Below, piece by piece: positions 17,723-26,120 of a stretch of DNA of 64,000 nt. The notes beneath the pieces were generated by a model. The model was not told where the DNA came from and did no database searches. It worked only from the letters and a program-made list of their open reading frames with translations. The stretch's first letter is position 1. Every line of letters begins with the position of its first letter. Source of the stretch: a virus; UHGV virus genome UHGV-0134778; one strand, written 5' to 3'. Both the position numbers and the translations under genes were made by a program.

Positions 17723-17750
17723 AGACAAAAAGAAAGGGGCCTAAGCCCCT
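17723..17750 (-). terminator. intrinsic terminator closing the leftward gene block
   Basis: Minus strand AGGGGC-TTAG-GCCCCT followed by TTCTTTTTGTCT; lies 20 nt past the stop of 17770..18189. Confidence 0.7.
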
Positions 17751-17769
17751 TGATAATTCAGTTAAAAAA

Positions 17770-18189
17770 TTATAATGATTCGTATATTTCAAAAATCCGA
17801 TTTGCCAGGTCGTTACGGTAGCTGAATTTTTCCTCACGTTTGATCATAAGATCTTTATAGCCGTACTCTTTAAGCACTTCATTAACTTTATGGCGGCATA
17901 CTTTCATATTATCCTGCGCGTCACCAATAAATCTGTTGCTATGGTGCATGGCTTTAATTTCTTCTTCCAGGACCAGGGCAACTATGCGGACCGGATCAAG
18001 CTGATAGGCGGTAACATCCATGCGGCATTGTAAACGGCTTTTTACGTCTGCCACCGGATATACTGCAACCTCTTCCCCGTCAACATTGACAATAATTAGT
18101 TTACCATCGATTTCGAATCCTTTCGCCGCCGGACCGTGACAAAAAGCGTTATCAAAGCTATATGCCGGATTATTAGATTTAATGTTCAT
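17770..18189 (-). CDS. hypothetical protein
   Basis: 139 aa. First gene upstream of the minus-strand terminator at 17723-17750; promoter 18239-18267 and RBS AAGAGG upstream. Confidence 0.55.
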   Translation of the reverse strand: MNIKSNNPAYSFDNAFCHGPAAKGFEIDGKLIIVNVDGEEVAVYPVADVKSRLQCRMDVTAYQLDPVRIVALVLEEEIKAMHHSNRFIGDAQDNMKVCRHKVNEVLKEYGYKDLMIKREEKFSYRNDLANRIFEIYESL

Positions 18190-18238
18190 GGTGTTTTTAC
18201 CTCTTAGTTAATTTTCTTACAACTTCCCTTCAAAAAAG

Positions 18239-18267
18239 AATATAGCAAAACTGCCGATCCCTGTCAA
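18239..18267 (-). promoter_or_regulatory. sigma70-type promoter
   Basis: Minus strand TTGACA (plus 18262-18267), 17 nt, TATATT (plus 18239-18244). Confidence 0.55.
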
Positions 18268-18333
18268 CCAGGGATAGCGTAATTTTTATGTGATCAAGGG
18301 GCTTTATTGCCCCTGACCATGTAACTTGTTGTA

Positions 18334-18597
18334 TTATTTGTTGCTCATCCAGTTTTCCCAAGCTGCCTGATAATCTGCCTCACTACGGCGGATCTCTTCT
18401 TGCTCTTCAAGGCGGATCTCTTCTTCCAGGTACCCCAAGATGTCAGCCTTTTTAGTCTGGCGTAGCATCCAGTCATCTTTTTTGCGAGTGAAGATCTTAT
18501 AAGCTTTCTCGCAAACCTCTTTTTTGCTACCTTTCTGGACTTCAAGAACACGATAAGCCATATATTGAACTAATTTGAGCTGATCAAGACGTTTCAT
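18334..18597 (-). CDS. hypothetical protein
   Basis: 87 aa; leader contains hairpin GGGCCAAAAGGCCC and RBS AAAGAGG. Confidence 0.5.
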   Translation of the reverse strand: MKRLDQLKLVQYMAYRVLEVQKGSKKEVCEKAYKIFTRKKDDWMLRQTKKADILGYLEEEIRLEEQEEIRRSEADYQAAWENWMSNK

Positions 18598-18657
18598 GAT
18601 GTTTACCTCTTTGTGCGGTTCTGATTAGTGGGCCTTTTGGCCCGTGTCATTATCTTA

Positions 18658-18930
18658 TTACTTATGGCGGCAGAATTCAAGCGTTTTTAATTGATAATCT
18701 TCCTCAGCTTGGAGTACGACCGCCTCGATCATTTCGTTGGCATTGTTAAAGCCATAACCTTTAGCGAACTCATCCGCGCCACCTTCGTGATCATGTTCTG
18801 CGTTCATCGCTTCCACAAAATGGAATTCCAAATTGTTGAGGTAGGGGCTTGATGTTCCGTCCTCTTTTTCGATGAGATCCCAAATAGCATTAAAACGTGA
18901 TTCGACTTCTTGATTAATCCAGCTTGACAT
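18658..18930 (-). CDS. hypothetical acidic protein
   Basis: 90 aa; promoter 18985-19013, leader hairpin, RBS AGGAGAGAGG. Confidence 0.5.
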   Translation of the reverse strand: MSSWINQEVESRFNAIWDLIEKEDGTSSPYLNNLEFHFVEAMNAEHDHEGGADEFAKGYGFNNANEMIEAVVLQAEEDYQLKTLEFCRHK

Positions 18931-18984
18931 AGTGTTTTCCTCTCTCCTGGTTGTTGTGTGGGCACTTTTGCCCCTTCAAGATAA

Positions 18985-19013
18985 ATGTTACCTCACCCCA
19001 TGGCAGATGTCAA
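18985..19013 (-). promoter_or_regulatory. sigma70-type promoter
   Basis: Minus strand TTGACA (19008-19013), 17 nt, TAACAT (18985-18990). Confidence 0.45.
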
Positions 19014-19044
19014 CGGTTTTTATAGTTCTTATATGACAGGCAGG

Positions 19045-19061
19045 CCCGGTGATTGTCTCCC
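19045..19061 (-). repeat. 17-nt motif GGGAGACAA(C/T)CACCGGG, copy a (minus orientation)
   Basis: Plus strand reads CCCGGTGATTGTCTCCC; downstream of the minus-strand promoter 19090-19118. Confidence 0.5.
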
Positions 19062-19089
19062 CCTGTTCCCAAGTGCCGCCCGTTTAATA

Positions 19090-19118
19090 AGAATAGCAAA
19101 AGGGGCCGAACAAGTCAA
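19090..19118 (-). promoter_or_regulatory. sigma70-type promoter followed by the 17-nt motif
   Basis: Minus strand TTGACT (19113-19118), 17 nt, TATTCT (19090-19095); motif copy at 19045-19061 lies 28 nt downstream of the -10. Confidence 0.45.
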
Positions 19119-19147
19119 CCCCAAAATCAGTACCAAAACACTTTTAT

Positions 19148-19459
19148 TTATACGGTCCGATCATTGGCCTTTGTCCAGGACCTGGCGATCCGTTTCCCGG
19201 TCACCTGGAACGGAGGCTGCATTGTGTGTAATGAGTCCAGAGTAAGGGAGGACCGTTTACGGCGTATCTTCAGGATCGCTAACGTATTGTCCATCTCACG
19301 GCCAGGTCCTGGGCGGTATGGTGTGCCTCCAGCGTTAAGGTTGATGATCTCATGTATTGAGATCCGGCGTTGTTTTGCTTCCGCATCTTTGAAGATAGCC
19401 AGCGGAGGCGCTATGCGTTGCCGATACCAATCTAAAACGGTTGGCGTAATAGCGATCAT
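19148..19459 (-). CDS. hypothetical protein
   Basis: 103 aa; co-directional with neighbours and coupled to 19456..19647; preferred over the opposite-strand ORF 19053..19508. Confidence 0.4.
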   Translation of the reverse strand: MIAITPTVLDWYRQRIAPPLAIFKDAEAKQRRISIHEIINLNAGGTPYRPGPGREMDNTLAILKIRRKRSSLTLDSLHTMQPPFQVTGKRIARSWTKANDRTV

Positions 19460-19647
19460 ATTTTACCCCCTATGTAGTCCGGTCGGTTTTTCTCTGTCAT
19501 ACGCTTAAGCAATTCTTGCATGTTGCTTATGGCTTGTAGTGTATCCTCTTCAAGGGATGAATCAAGATAATCAGGATCATTCTTCACCTTGCAATGATTA
19601 TGATAACGCAGCACCGCCAGTACTTTTTTAACTTCTTCTGCTGTCAT
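19456..19647 (-). CDS. hypothetical protein
   Basis: 63 aa. Confidence 0.45.
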   Translation of the reverse strand: MTAEEVKKVLAVLRYHNHCKVKNDPDYLDSSLEEDTLQAISNMQELLKRMTEKNRPDYIGGKI

Positions 19648-19655
19648 TATTCCAC

Positions 19656-19790
19656 CTAAAACAATGAGTTAATATATAACATTAGATCGCTGACCACCAG
19701 GACAACACTGATCAGCACATGCCTAACCATAAAGGGAAAGATCGCCAACATTGCCACCACGATCCCCATGGTAATAATTATCTTTCTCAT
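19656..19790 (-). CDS. micro-protein, hydrophobic (44 aa)
   Basis: ATG immediately after the stop of 19793..20077; sequence is almost entirely hydrophobic. Confidence 0.3.
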   Translation of the reverse strand: MRKIIITMGIVVAMLAIFPFMVRHVLISVVLVVSDLMLYINSLF

Positions 19791-19792
19791 GG

Positions 19793-20077
19793 TTAACGGT
19801 TCACGTAAGTTTTCCCGTTTACGGTTATCGGCAGATCCTCCAGGTCTGGATCTTCTTTAAGGTCGCGAGCAAGTTCACCGCACCGGACGCCCTCGAATCC
19901 GTAGTACTCTGTCGTTCCGTCCTTAAAAGTTTTTGCGGCAAGGCATAAGCGATAAGTAACACCGATTTGATTGACGGCATGGATATCAGTTAGATCTACC
20001 TCTTTTGCCAGCTCTTTGGCCATTACAGGCGCATTAAGTCCAATAACCAAGGCAACCACTGCGATCATCTTTTTCAT
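19793..20077 (-). CDS. secreted/periplasmic hypothetical protein
   Basis: N-terminal signal-peptide-like MKKMIAVVALVIGLNAPVMA; RBS AGAGAATAG-like. Confidence 0.5.
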   Translation of the reverse strand: MKKMIAVVALVIGLNAPVMAKELAKEVDLTDIHAVNQIGVTYRLCLAAKTFKDGTTEYYGFEGVRCGELARDLKEDPDLEDLPITVNGKTYVNR

Positions 20078-20166
20078 GTTTTCTATTCTCTTTCTGTTGC
20101 GTTTAAGGCGGCGACAACCGCCTGTTTATGCTTTGTCGGTTAATAGGGCGTACGGTATAGATTAAA

Positions 20167-20391
20167 CTATGCTGTACGCTCAACTATGACAACGGCTTGA
20201 GGGATCTCACCTTCCACCACTATCAAGGCTTTTTTCTGCGTAATAGATATCTTTACCCGCTTCAGCGTGGCGGTAAAGTCTTTCATTTCGTCACGTGGTG
20301 TTTTAGTGCAATGCCAGATCTCAGGCTTACCTATTTGCAAGCCGCGTAAAAATTCCGTTTTTCCTGTTTTGTTCGTGATCATTTGTTTCAC
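20167..20391 (-). CDS. hypothetical protein
   Basis: 74-aa ORF. Confidence 0.45.
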   Translation of the reverse strand: MKQMITNKTGKTEFLRGLQIGKPEIWHCTKTPRDEMKDFTATLKRVKISITQKKALIVVEGEIPQAVVIVERTA

Positions 20392-20392
20392 C

Positions 20393-20497
20393 TTACCCGA
20401 TACCGTTGGAAGACAAGATCATATTAGCCATGGTTGCAATCAGGCCAATACCCAGGGCAATAACCAGGATCACCGCATCAATTAATTTCTGTTTCAT
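20393..20497 (-). CDS. micro-protein, hydrophobic (34 aa)
   Basis: RBS AAGAGGA 7 nt upstream; VILVIALGIGLIATMANMIL is a membrane segment. Confidence 0.3.
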   Translation of the reverse strand: MKQKLIDAVILVIALGIGLIATMANMILSSNGIG

Positions 20498-20587
20498 CTT
20501 GTTTTCCTCTTCTTGTTCCAGGTGGCGGACCATTCCGCCGCCTTATGTATTATGCTTTGTTAGATGGTTGTTTGTTGTCAAACTGTT

Positions 20588-20767
20588 TTAACGATAATCA
20601 TCGTACGCTTTATTAACCTGGCGAATATAACATTCAAAAGCCAGATCAATAGATTTATATTCACGGATATATTCACCATAGGAAACTACATACATTTCTA
20701 TAGCCTCCTCATATGCGAGGAGAATAGAATCCAAGCCTACGATCTCAGTCTTTGCAATAATAGCCAT
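20588..20767 (-). CDS. hypothetical protein (59 aa)
   Basis: Read manually; promoter 20817-20847, leader hairpin GGGGCAACAAGCCCC and RBS AAAGAGGA precede the ATG. Below the track cutoff. Confidence 0.4.
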   Translation of the reverse strand: MAIIAKTEIVGLDSILLAYEEAIEMYVVSYGEYIREYKSIDLAFECYIRQVNKAYDDYR

Positions 20768-20816
20768 GATTTTTTATCCTCTTTGTGGTTGGTGGGGCTT
20801 GTTGCCCCCTTTGATT

Positions 20817-20847
20817 TATATACTACAGTCTTATAGGGTCATGTCAA
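20817..20847 (-). promoter_or_regulatory. sigma70-type promoter
   Basis: Minus strand TTGACA (20842-20847) overlapping the upstream stop codon, 16-19 nt, TAGTAT/TATATA. Confidence 0.5.
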
Positions 20848-21077
20848 CTATTTTCAAAAAATTTTTCTGCTGTGATATTTTTCCCGGTAGGGTTCGCTAC
20901 TTTTAAAATTCTATCATGCACCGGACGCCCGAAAGAATAAGATCCGTATACAGTAAACCAATAATCACCGTCAGGCTGTACTATTACCGCCGCATATGGT
21001 ACGCCTTTTTCATTATTGCTCACAAAATAGATCACATTGCCATTAATAGCCTCAGCGCGTTTAATTTGTTCCATCAT
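20844..21077 (-). CDS. hypothetical protein
   Basis: 77 aa; RBS AAGAGAGG. Confidence 0.5.
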   Translation of the reverse strand: MMEQIKRAEAINGNVIYFVSNNEKGVPYAAVIVQPDGDYWFTVYGSYSFGRPVHDRILKVANPTGKNITAEKFFENS

Positions 21078-21133
21078 GATGATTTGCCTCTCTTTATTTT
21101 CATAATTGGGGGGCCTTTTCGGCCCCGCCAGGT

Positions 21134-21418
21134 TTATTTATTGATAGCGTGCAGCGGGAAAGGTACGCCAGGTTGATAGATAACTTTTACAACCTCATCA
21201 GGACAAAAGAAGTTGCAGAACTCACCGCAATAGGCCTCATCCTCTTTCAACTCTTCATCAACATACTCAAAAAAGTAGTCGATGCTTGGATAATCCTGGC
21301 CGGGATTATAGTCGACCATCGTTAATAGTAACTCTTGATCATTCCGTAGGATATGCATACCCGCTTTTAAGTATTTTGCTTCCATTTCTACTACATCGCC
21401 AACGGTAACAATAGCCAT
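21134..21418 (-). CDS. hypothetical acidic protein
   Basis: 94 aa; RBS GGAG. Confidence 0.5.
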   Translation of the reverse strand: MAIVTVGDVVEMEAKYLKAGMHILRNDQELLLTMVDYNPGQDYPSIDYFFEYVDEELKEDEAYCGEFCNFFCPDEVVKVIYQPGVPFPLHAINK

Positions 21419-21642
21419 GGTTTTAACTCCTATCTATCCGGTTAATGATTGGGGGCCGCCCCCCTGATACGTCCTATTATCCATATTGTAGGGCTTGATG
21501 CAAGTACTTCTTTAAATTTTTTTAAGCGCCTTGGGGGCCGCTGTAACGCTAAAATAATAAAGGCCATGCAACCGCATAGCCTTTATGTGATTATATCGCT
21601 TCAGGCCCTGCTAGGGGCCTTATTTTGCATCATTTGCCGGAA

Positions 21643-21948
21643 TTATTCAGAGAAAACATCGTTCACAATAGCGATCACAATGCCGCCCACCTTGTCACGG
21701 TCAACAATGCACAAATCACCATAGATCATGTGGTAGTCTGGATGATCTTTCACGGAATAGTCAATGAGCGTTTTCTTGTCGTCCAGCTTTGTAACTTCCA
21801 TTCTCATAACGATACGAGAATCATCAAAGGCATTATTCCGAAAAGTCATAGCCTGACCACCAGGGCACCCAGTGATCTCCACTTCCACGCCGTCTACGAT
21901 CTGACCATCAAAGAAATAAAGATTATTGGCGGGTATAAACATGATCAT
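21643..21948 (-). CDS. hypothetical protein
   Basis: Start taken at an ATG (21948 or 21942) after AAAAGGAG rather than the track GTG at 21963; lies downstream of 45-bp element copy 1. Confidence 0.5.
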   Translation of the reverse strand: MIMFIPANNLYFFDGQIVDGVEVEITGCPGGQAMTFRNNAFDDSRIVMRMEVTKLDDKKTLIDYSVKDHPDYHMIYGDLCIVDRDKVGGIVIAIVNDVFSE

Positions 21949-21986
21949 TGCTCCTTTTTGCACTGATTATTTTAACAGGGTTTAAA

Positions 21987-22031
21987 TTTACTTTATTGAT
22001 GGCCCTGGAGTCAAGGCCATCTAAAAATAAA
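21987..22031 (-). promoter_or_regulatory. 45-bp conserved promoter/operator element, copy 1
   Basis: TTTACTTTATTGATGGCCCTGGAGTCAAGGCCATCTAAAAATAAA, identical in all three copies. Minus strand reads TTGACT-N18-TAAATT; palindrome GATGGCC/GGCCATC flanks the -35. Confidence 0.5.
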
Positions 22032-22033
22032 TT

Positions 22034-22234
22034 TTACAGATCTACAATCTCTTTAATTCGTTTTACTGCTGCCTCAGCGCCTTGAGGGTAGAAATTATGA
22101 TAACCAATCACGCGGGTAATACTGATCGCCGCTTGGTGGTCCTCGTAGTCGCCTTTGAATATTTCTTGACCATCAACCAGCACAGCAATTTTTTCTTCTT
22201 TTTTGAAGTTAATAACGCGGATATTGTTGCTCAT
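22034..22234 (-). CDS. hypothetical protein
   Basis: 66 aa; leader has hairpin GGGGAGACACTCCCC and RBS AAAGGGGA. Confidence 0.5.
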   Translation of the reverse strand: MSNNIRVINFKKEEKIAVLVDGQEIFKGDYEDHQAAISITRVIGYHNFYPQGAEAAVKRIKEIVDL

Positions 22235-22337
22235 TTTGTTTCCCCTTTTGGAACTTTGTCTGTGTGGTGGGGAGTGTCTCCCCGTTGATTGTTATTATCC
22301 ATATTCTGGACCGGATTGCAACACTCAGGAAGAAAAA

Positions 22338-22375
22338 TTTTTTGAAAAAAGTTAGGCCCCCAGGGATCGGGGGCC
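22338..22375 (-). terminator. intrinsic terminator (minus strand)
   Basis: Minus strand GGCCCCC-GATCCCT-GGGGGCC followed by TAACTTTTTTCAAAAAA. Confidence 0.55.
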
Positions 22376-22379
22376 GTTA

Positions 22380-22499
22380 TCAGTTGCTTACAGCGATAAA
22401 ATACATCCCTACGCCTAACAATATTTCAAGGGCGATGATCTCCAGCCATACCATAACACGGCGCGCCTTATCGGTGCGGGGCTTATCCTTGGGTGTCAT
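22380..22499 (-). CDS. micro-protein with hydrophobic C-terminus (39 aa)
   Basis: Read manually; followed directly by the minus-strand terminator at 22338-22375. Confidence 0.3.
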   Translation of the reverse strand: MTPKDKPRTDKARRVMVWLEIIALEILLGVGMYFIAVSN

Positions 22500-22718
22500 C
22501 GTCTCCCTCTTTCCTCCTGTTAGTAGTGACGTGGTTTACAATGGTCCCCAGGAGTACTATCGCCACGCACATTACGAGAAAAATTATTTCTTCCGTTGTT
22601 CGGTCCATTGTTATAAAACCTCTCAAGATCAGGCCTAAAAGTAAATCTTTCGTTATTGAATCCGTCACGCCAGGCGGCTGGCTTCAAATCTTCACTAAAT
22701 GGATTAATTAACGTGGCA

Positions 22719-23090
22719 TTATTTAAACGGTTGGCCCACATATTTTCTATTCCTCTCAAATAGGCGATCCGCCTCAGTTAAACATATCTCATGGGCGTGA
22801 TCTCTGGTTTTAGCTTCATCAAAAACCTGTTGTGCAAGGCTGCAACGTAGGGAGACTGGAAGATCACTATAATAGGCGTTGACAAACGTTTGAGCGTCGT
22901 ACAGGTCTGAAAATACTTTACCCTTTCTATTATTCCCCTTGTCAACAATTGCAAGGATAACCAATACAATAGTTGCAACCACCCCCAGGAAAATAGATAT
23001 AATAAACCATAAAAAGGCGGATCTTCCCATCTTGCCAGCGATCCAGGCGTTAAACAAGGCAACCAATATAGCCAAAATAATAAATTCCAT
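22719..23090 (-). CDS. membrane protein
   Basis: Two to three transmembrane segments in the first 60 aa (IILAILVALFNAWIA, FLWFIISIFLGVVATIVLVILAIV). Confidence 0.5.
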   Translation of the reverse strand: MEFIILAILVALFNAWIAGKMGRSAFLWFIISIFLGVVATIVLVILAIVDKGNNRKGKVFSDLYDAQTFVNAYYSDLPVSLRCSLAQQVFDEAKTRDHAHEICLTEADRLFERNRKYVGQPFK

Positions 23091-23156
23091 TCTATGTACC
23101 CTCTTACAATTCTGCGTAGCAATAAGGCGGCAAATATGCCGCCGCCTGTTACCTGA

Positions 23157-23573
23157 TTAAAAATTATCGCCGTAAATCTTTCCGCTTTCTACCCATACCA
23201 CCACGCGAGGCATACTATCCCACACGTCTTGTTTTAGATTGAGCGCGTGCAATTCTTCGGTGGTGCTCATACCAGGCACGGGCTGATTGTATACTGCAAA
23301 ACGACCACCTGCATAATCATAGGCCAGAGTTAAATCACACTGGATCATCTTTTTGATCATGGCGTTAAGCATAGCGTTAGCCGCATATTGGTCACGTTTT
23401 AAAGGCAACTCTTTGATTAGTTTGCGATAGTTTTCGATATGGTCGCACACTGTTTCACGTGGAAGATCTTTCATATCTTCACGGAATGTAACCAGGTTAA
23501 ACATAACGGTGTCAATAGCCTTGGTGGTGTTTTTCATGATGTTTTCCTCTTTGTTTTGTGTGGGGCAAGTCAT
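23157..23573 (-). CDS. hypothetical protein
   Basis: 138 aa; TTGCAA-N16-TATATT promoter, leader hairpin and RBS AAAGAGGA upstream. Confidence 0.5.
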   Translation of the reverse strand: MTCPTQNKEENIMKNTTKAIDTVMFNLVTFREDMKDLPRETVCDHIENYRKLIKELPLKRDQYAANAMLNAMIKKMIQCDLTLAYDYAGGRFAVYNQPVPGMSTTEELHALNLKQDVWDSMPRVVVWVESGKIYGDNF

Positions 23574-23627
23574 CTCGCCCCCTTGATTTTTAATATAGCA
23601 GGTTTTTAGATTATTGCAACACTTTTC

Positions 23628-24251
23628 TTATGAAAAACTCATCTCACCATATTCATCTACATCAAACCGCCAGTCGTTGGCCTGGATGAGGTCGATCAAG
23701 GTCTCGACTGCAAATTGTTCGTCGTAGGCATTCTCCAGATCTACGTAAACCTTGCGAGAAATTTCTCTGACCGTCTCAGTGATCAACTCTTCCAGCTCTT
23801 CAACCTTGCTTTCTTGCTTGGCGGTCAGATTCAGCCAAGTAGTATCAATGTATCCGCTTACAGTGTTTTCGTGACTATGGCGGCTATATGGATCACGCTC
23901 AACACTTGCAGATAGCTCGCCATCGTGCATTGTGCCGAACAAGTGACGAATTGAGCGGAATTTAGTCAGAGATTTGACTTTACGCAAGAATTTTTCTAAA
24001 TCAACGTTTTCAGCACTGATTGACGCGCCGTCACCCTGGCACCAAAAGCCGGACCAATGTACTTCGGTATCTTCAAGGCCATACTCTGGAAAAACATATT
24101 CTTTATAGTATTCAATCACGCTTTCTGCAAAAAAGTTATCCCCGCTGTGTTCTTCTCTTTCGCGGACCATTTCAACGGCTTTTTCTTTTTGTTCGTCGGT
24201 CAGCACGTCGAAAGATAAGTTGTAACCTGTGGTAATGTTAACGGTGGTCAT
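23628..24251 (-). CDS. hypothetical acidic protein
   Basis: 207 aa; promoter 24309-24336, leader hairpin 24280-24298, RBS AGGAG. Confidence 0.55.
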   Translation of the reverse strand: MTTVNITTGYNLSFDVLTDEQKEKAVEMVREREEHSGDNFFAESVIEYYKEYVFPEYGLEDTEVHWSGFWCQGDGASISAENVDLEKFLRKVKSLTKFRSIRHLFGTMHDGELSASVERDPYSRHSHENTVSGYIDTTWLNLTAKQESKVEELEELITETVREISRKVYVDLENAYDEQFAVETLIDLIQANDWRFDVDEYGEMSFS

Positions 24252-24279
24252 GATATTTTCTCCTGTTTTCTTTATTAGT

Positions 24280-24298
24280 GGCGGGAAGTTTTCCCGCC
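24280..24298 (-). promoter_or_regulatory. leader hairpin, GGCGGGAA...TTCCCGCC family
   Basis: Perfect 8-bp stem with 3-nt loop between promoter 24309-24336 and the RBS of 23628..24251. Related hairpins at 26144-26160 and 26825-26843. Confidence 0.45.
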
Positions 24299-24308
24299 TG
24301 TGTGTTTA

Positions 24309-24336
24309 ATTATACTTATTGAGATTTACTTGTCAA
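24309..24336 (-). promoter_or_regulatory. sigma70-type promoter (consensus hexamers)
   Basis: Minus strand TTGACA (24331-24336), 16 nt, TATAAT (24309-24314). Confidence 0.65.
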
Positions 24337-24586
24337 CACTATTTTTTAAATTATTGTGGCGTAAAATGTTCAAGATCTCTTCAACGTCATCAACACGGCG
24401 GCAATTTTTAAACGCTACCAATTGCCCCATGATTTTAATCACTGGGCGGCCTTGCCAGTGCCCCTGGAGAAAGCGCGCCTTGACTTTATCGGTGGAGCTA
24501 TCACGCCACCAAATGGCCTTGTTGTTGCAGTAGTAAAAATTATTCAGGACAACATCAACCTTATCAAAATTTTTTAATTTACGCAT
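24326..24586 (-). CDS. hypothetical protein
   Basis: 86 aa; promoter 24619-24646 and RBS AAAGGAG upstream. Confidence 0.5.
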   Translation of the reverse strand: MRKLKNFDKVDVVLNNFYYCNNKAIWWRDSSTDKVKARFLQGHWQGRPVIKIMGQLVAFKNCRRVDDVEEILNILRHNNLKNSVDK

Positions 24587-24618
24587 GGCGTTTACTCCTT
24601 TCTCTCTTTGATGTGGTT

Positions 24619-24646
24619 AGTATAGCTAACCTGTTTAAGATGTCAA
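24619..24646 (-). promoter_or_regulatory. sigma70-type promoter
   Basis: Minus strand TTGACA (24641-24646), 16 nt, TATACT (24619-24624). Confidence 0.55.
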
Positions 24647-24790
24647 GCTTTAAATAAAATCACTGTCAATAATATTTTTAACGCCATAAAACGGCCCTGG
24701 GCGATGTTTTCAGGTTAAGAAAGGGGATTGCATAGGTGGGGGCCTTTTTGGCGCTTATAGGGCCAACCAGGGGCGCTATTCGTAGGATAG

Positions 24791-24818
24791 AAATAAAAAG
24801 CCCCGCACAATGGCGGGG
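24791..24818 (-). terminator. intrinsic terminator (minus strand)
   Basis: Minus strand CCCCGC-CATTGT-GCGGGG followed by CTTTTTATTT. Confidence 0.55.
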
Positions 24819-24827
24819 CGTTGGTTG

Positions 24828-25025
24828 TTATTTGTCTTTATGGCGGTATCGTTCTGCCTGTCGTTCACGTTCCAAAAGTAGGCCAGGCAATTTACGATCA
24901 TAATGATTTCGCCAGATCTTTCCAAATCTTTTTGGCTTATTCAGTTTATTGTTACGCTGGCGGCGTTCCGGCAACTCTTCGGAATCATGAGGACGCTTTA
25001 CAATTTTTTCGAAATTAATTTTCAT
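24828..25025 (-). CDS. small basic protein
   Basis: Arg/Lys-rich; start taken at the ATG after AAGGGGGAAG. Terminator 24791-24818 follows. Confidence 0.4.
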   Translation of the reverse strand: MKINFEKIVKRPHDSEELPERRQRNNKLNKPKRFGKIWRNHYDRKLPGLLLERERQAERYRHKDK

Positions 25026-25386
25026 AGCTTCCCCCTTTACTGATTTCAATATTTGCCTGAATCGCCCGGATACGGCGTTTTATAACCTCCTGATCCGTGC
25101 AATCATATCCCCAAAAGTCTACAATTTTTGCGCCCCCAGCTTTTAAGCGGTATAGTGTTTCTTGCATCTTGTAAGCTGGGATCGGTCGTGGTGTTACCTG
25201 GTCGCCTTTCTCATCCTTGTACTTGATAATATAATCTTCATTGTCGTTGAATACCCAAAATGGGTATTCTGTAAGGGCGTTGCTCTCTTTTTCGTTTTTG
25301 GATTGGATCTTGTTTACAATTAAAGCCGTAGCAATAGCGCCAATGATAAAACTTGCACCGCTGATCATGTTACTTTCTCCTTTCAT
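25015..25386 (-). CDS. membrane-anchored hypothetical protein
   Basis: N-terminal ISGASFIIGAIATALIV; RBS AAAGGAGA. Confidence 0.5.
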   Translation of the reverse strand: MKGESNMISGASFIIGAIATALIVNKIQSKNEKESNALTEYPFWVFNDNEDYIIKYKDEKGDQVTPRPIPAYKMQETLYRLKAGGAKIVDFWGYDCTDQEVIKRRIRAIQANIEISKGGSYEN

Positions 25387-25443
25387 GGTGTTAATAAATT
25401 ATCTTTATAGATGGCCCTGCAGCCAGGACCACCGAAAAAATAA

Positions 25444-25689
25444 CTATTTCACAATGCCTACAAAACAGATCCCGCCTTCCCCGACGTAGGCAATATCGGT
25501 CACTTTATAGTCGGTTAAGATCTGTTTATTCAGATCATTAATAAAATCGGTCATTGCGTTGGTGTAGTTGTCTTCCATATCTAAGGCATAATCCCAGGTG
25601 TAAACCTTTTTACGTCCGAAGCCTTTTACCATGATACGGGCGCTTTTGGTGTTGGTAGGCGCATAATATTTGGTGATTAGTGCTGCCAT
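25444..25689 (-). CDS. hypothetical protein
   Basis: 81 aa; downstream of 45-bp element copy 2; RBS AGAGGAG. Confidence 0.5.
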   Translation of the reverse strand: MAALITKYYAPTNTKSARIMVKGFGRKKVYTWDYALDMEDNYTNAMTDFINDLNKQILTDYKVTDIAYVGEGGICFVGIVK

Positions 25690-25732
25690 GGTTTTAACTC
25701 CTCTGTATTAGTTCAGTGTTAACAGTGTAAAG

Positions 25733-25777
25733 TTTACTTTATTGATGGCCCTGGAGTCAAGGCCATCTAAAAATAAA
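25733..25777 (-). promoter_or_regulatory. 45-bp conserved promoter/operator element, copy 2
   Basis: Identical 45-mer; the candidate -10 here is TAAACT because the flank differs. Confidence 0.5.
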
Positions 25778-25778
25778 T

Positions 25779-26120
25779 TTACTCGTTTTCTTCCAGTTCT
25801 GCAAGCTCTTCTTTTGCTTCTTCCAACTCTGTCTGTAATTCCTGGTATTCTTCATCGTCCTCAATATCCAGGCTGTCGATGTAGTCGCTAAATCCGCAGC
25901 GGTAAGCGATAGGATCTAGCTCCTTGAGGATACGCGACGGAAGAAAAGAAATGTTTCCGATCATGATTTCGCCGTAGACCTCGTCTAACCATTCATCATA
26001 GTTTTCGTCGTACTTGTCCTCGTCGATTTCAAAGTTATCGATCTTGTTCTCAAGGTCTGCGATCTGTTTTTTCAGTGCGGCAACCTGAATAGCTTTTTCT
26101 GCGGTGGTCATAGTAGTCAT
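25779..26120 (-). CDS. hypothetical acidic coiled-coil protein
   Basis: 113 aa; promoter 26172-26199, hairpin 26144-26160, RBS AAAAGGAGA. Confidence 0.5.
   Translation of the reverse strand: MTTMTTAEKAIQVAALKKQIADLENKIDNFEIDEDKYDENYDEWLDEVYGEIMIGNISFLPSRILKELDPIAYRCGFSDYIDSLDIEDDEEYQELQTELEEAKEELAELEENE

Noticed and set aside
15226-17769. tRNA genes in the large non-coding region
   Set aside because: By eye I found no GGTTCGA/GGTTCAA-type T-loop with a matching acceptor stem here or in the other intergenic regions. This is not a substitute for a tRNA scan, so it is a negative by inspection only.
19053-19508. 151-aa plus-strand ORF
   Set aside because: Opposite strand to the surrounding co-directional genes, Pro/Arg-rich low-complexity translation, and overlaps two minus-strand ORFs that fit the local operon structure.
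22264-22711. Plus-strand ORFs 22264..22638 and 22493..22711
   Set aside because: They overlap minus-strand micro-genes and a minus-strand terminator and carry no ribosome-binding site; most likely non-coding on this strand.
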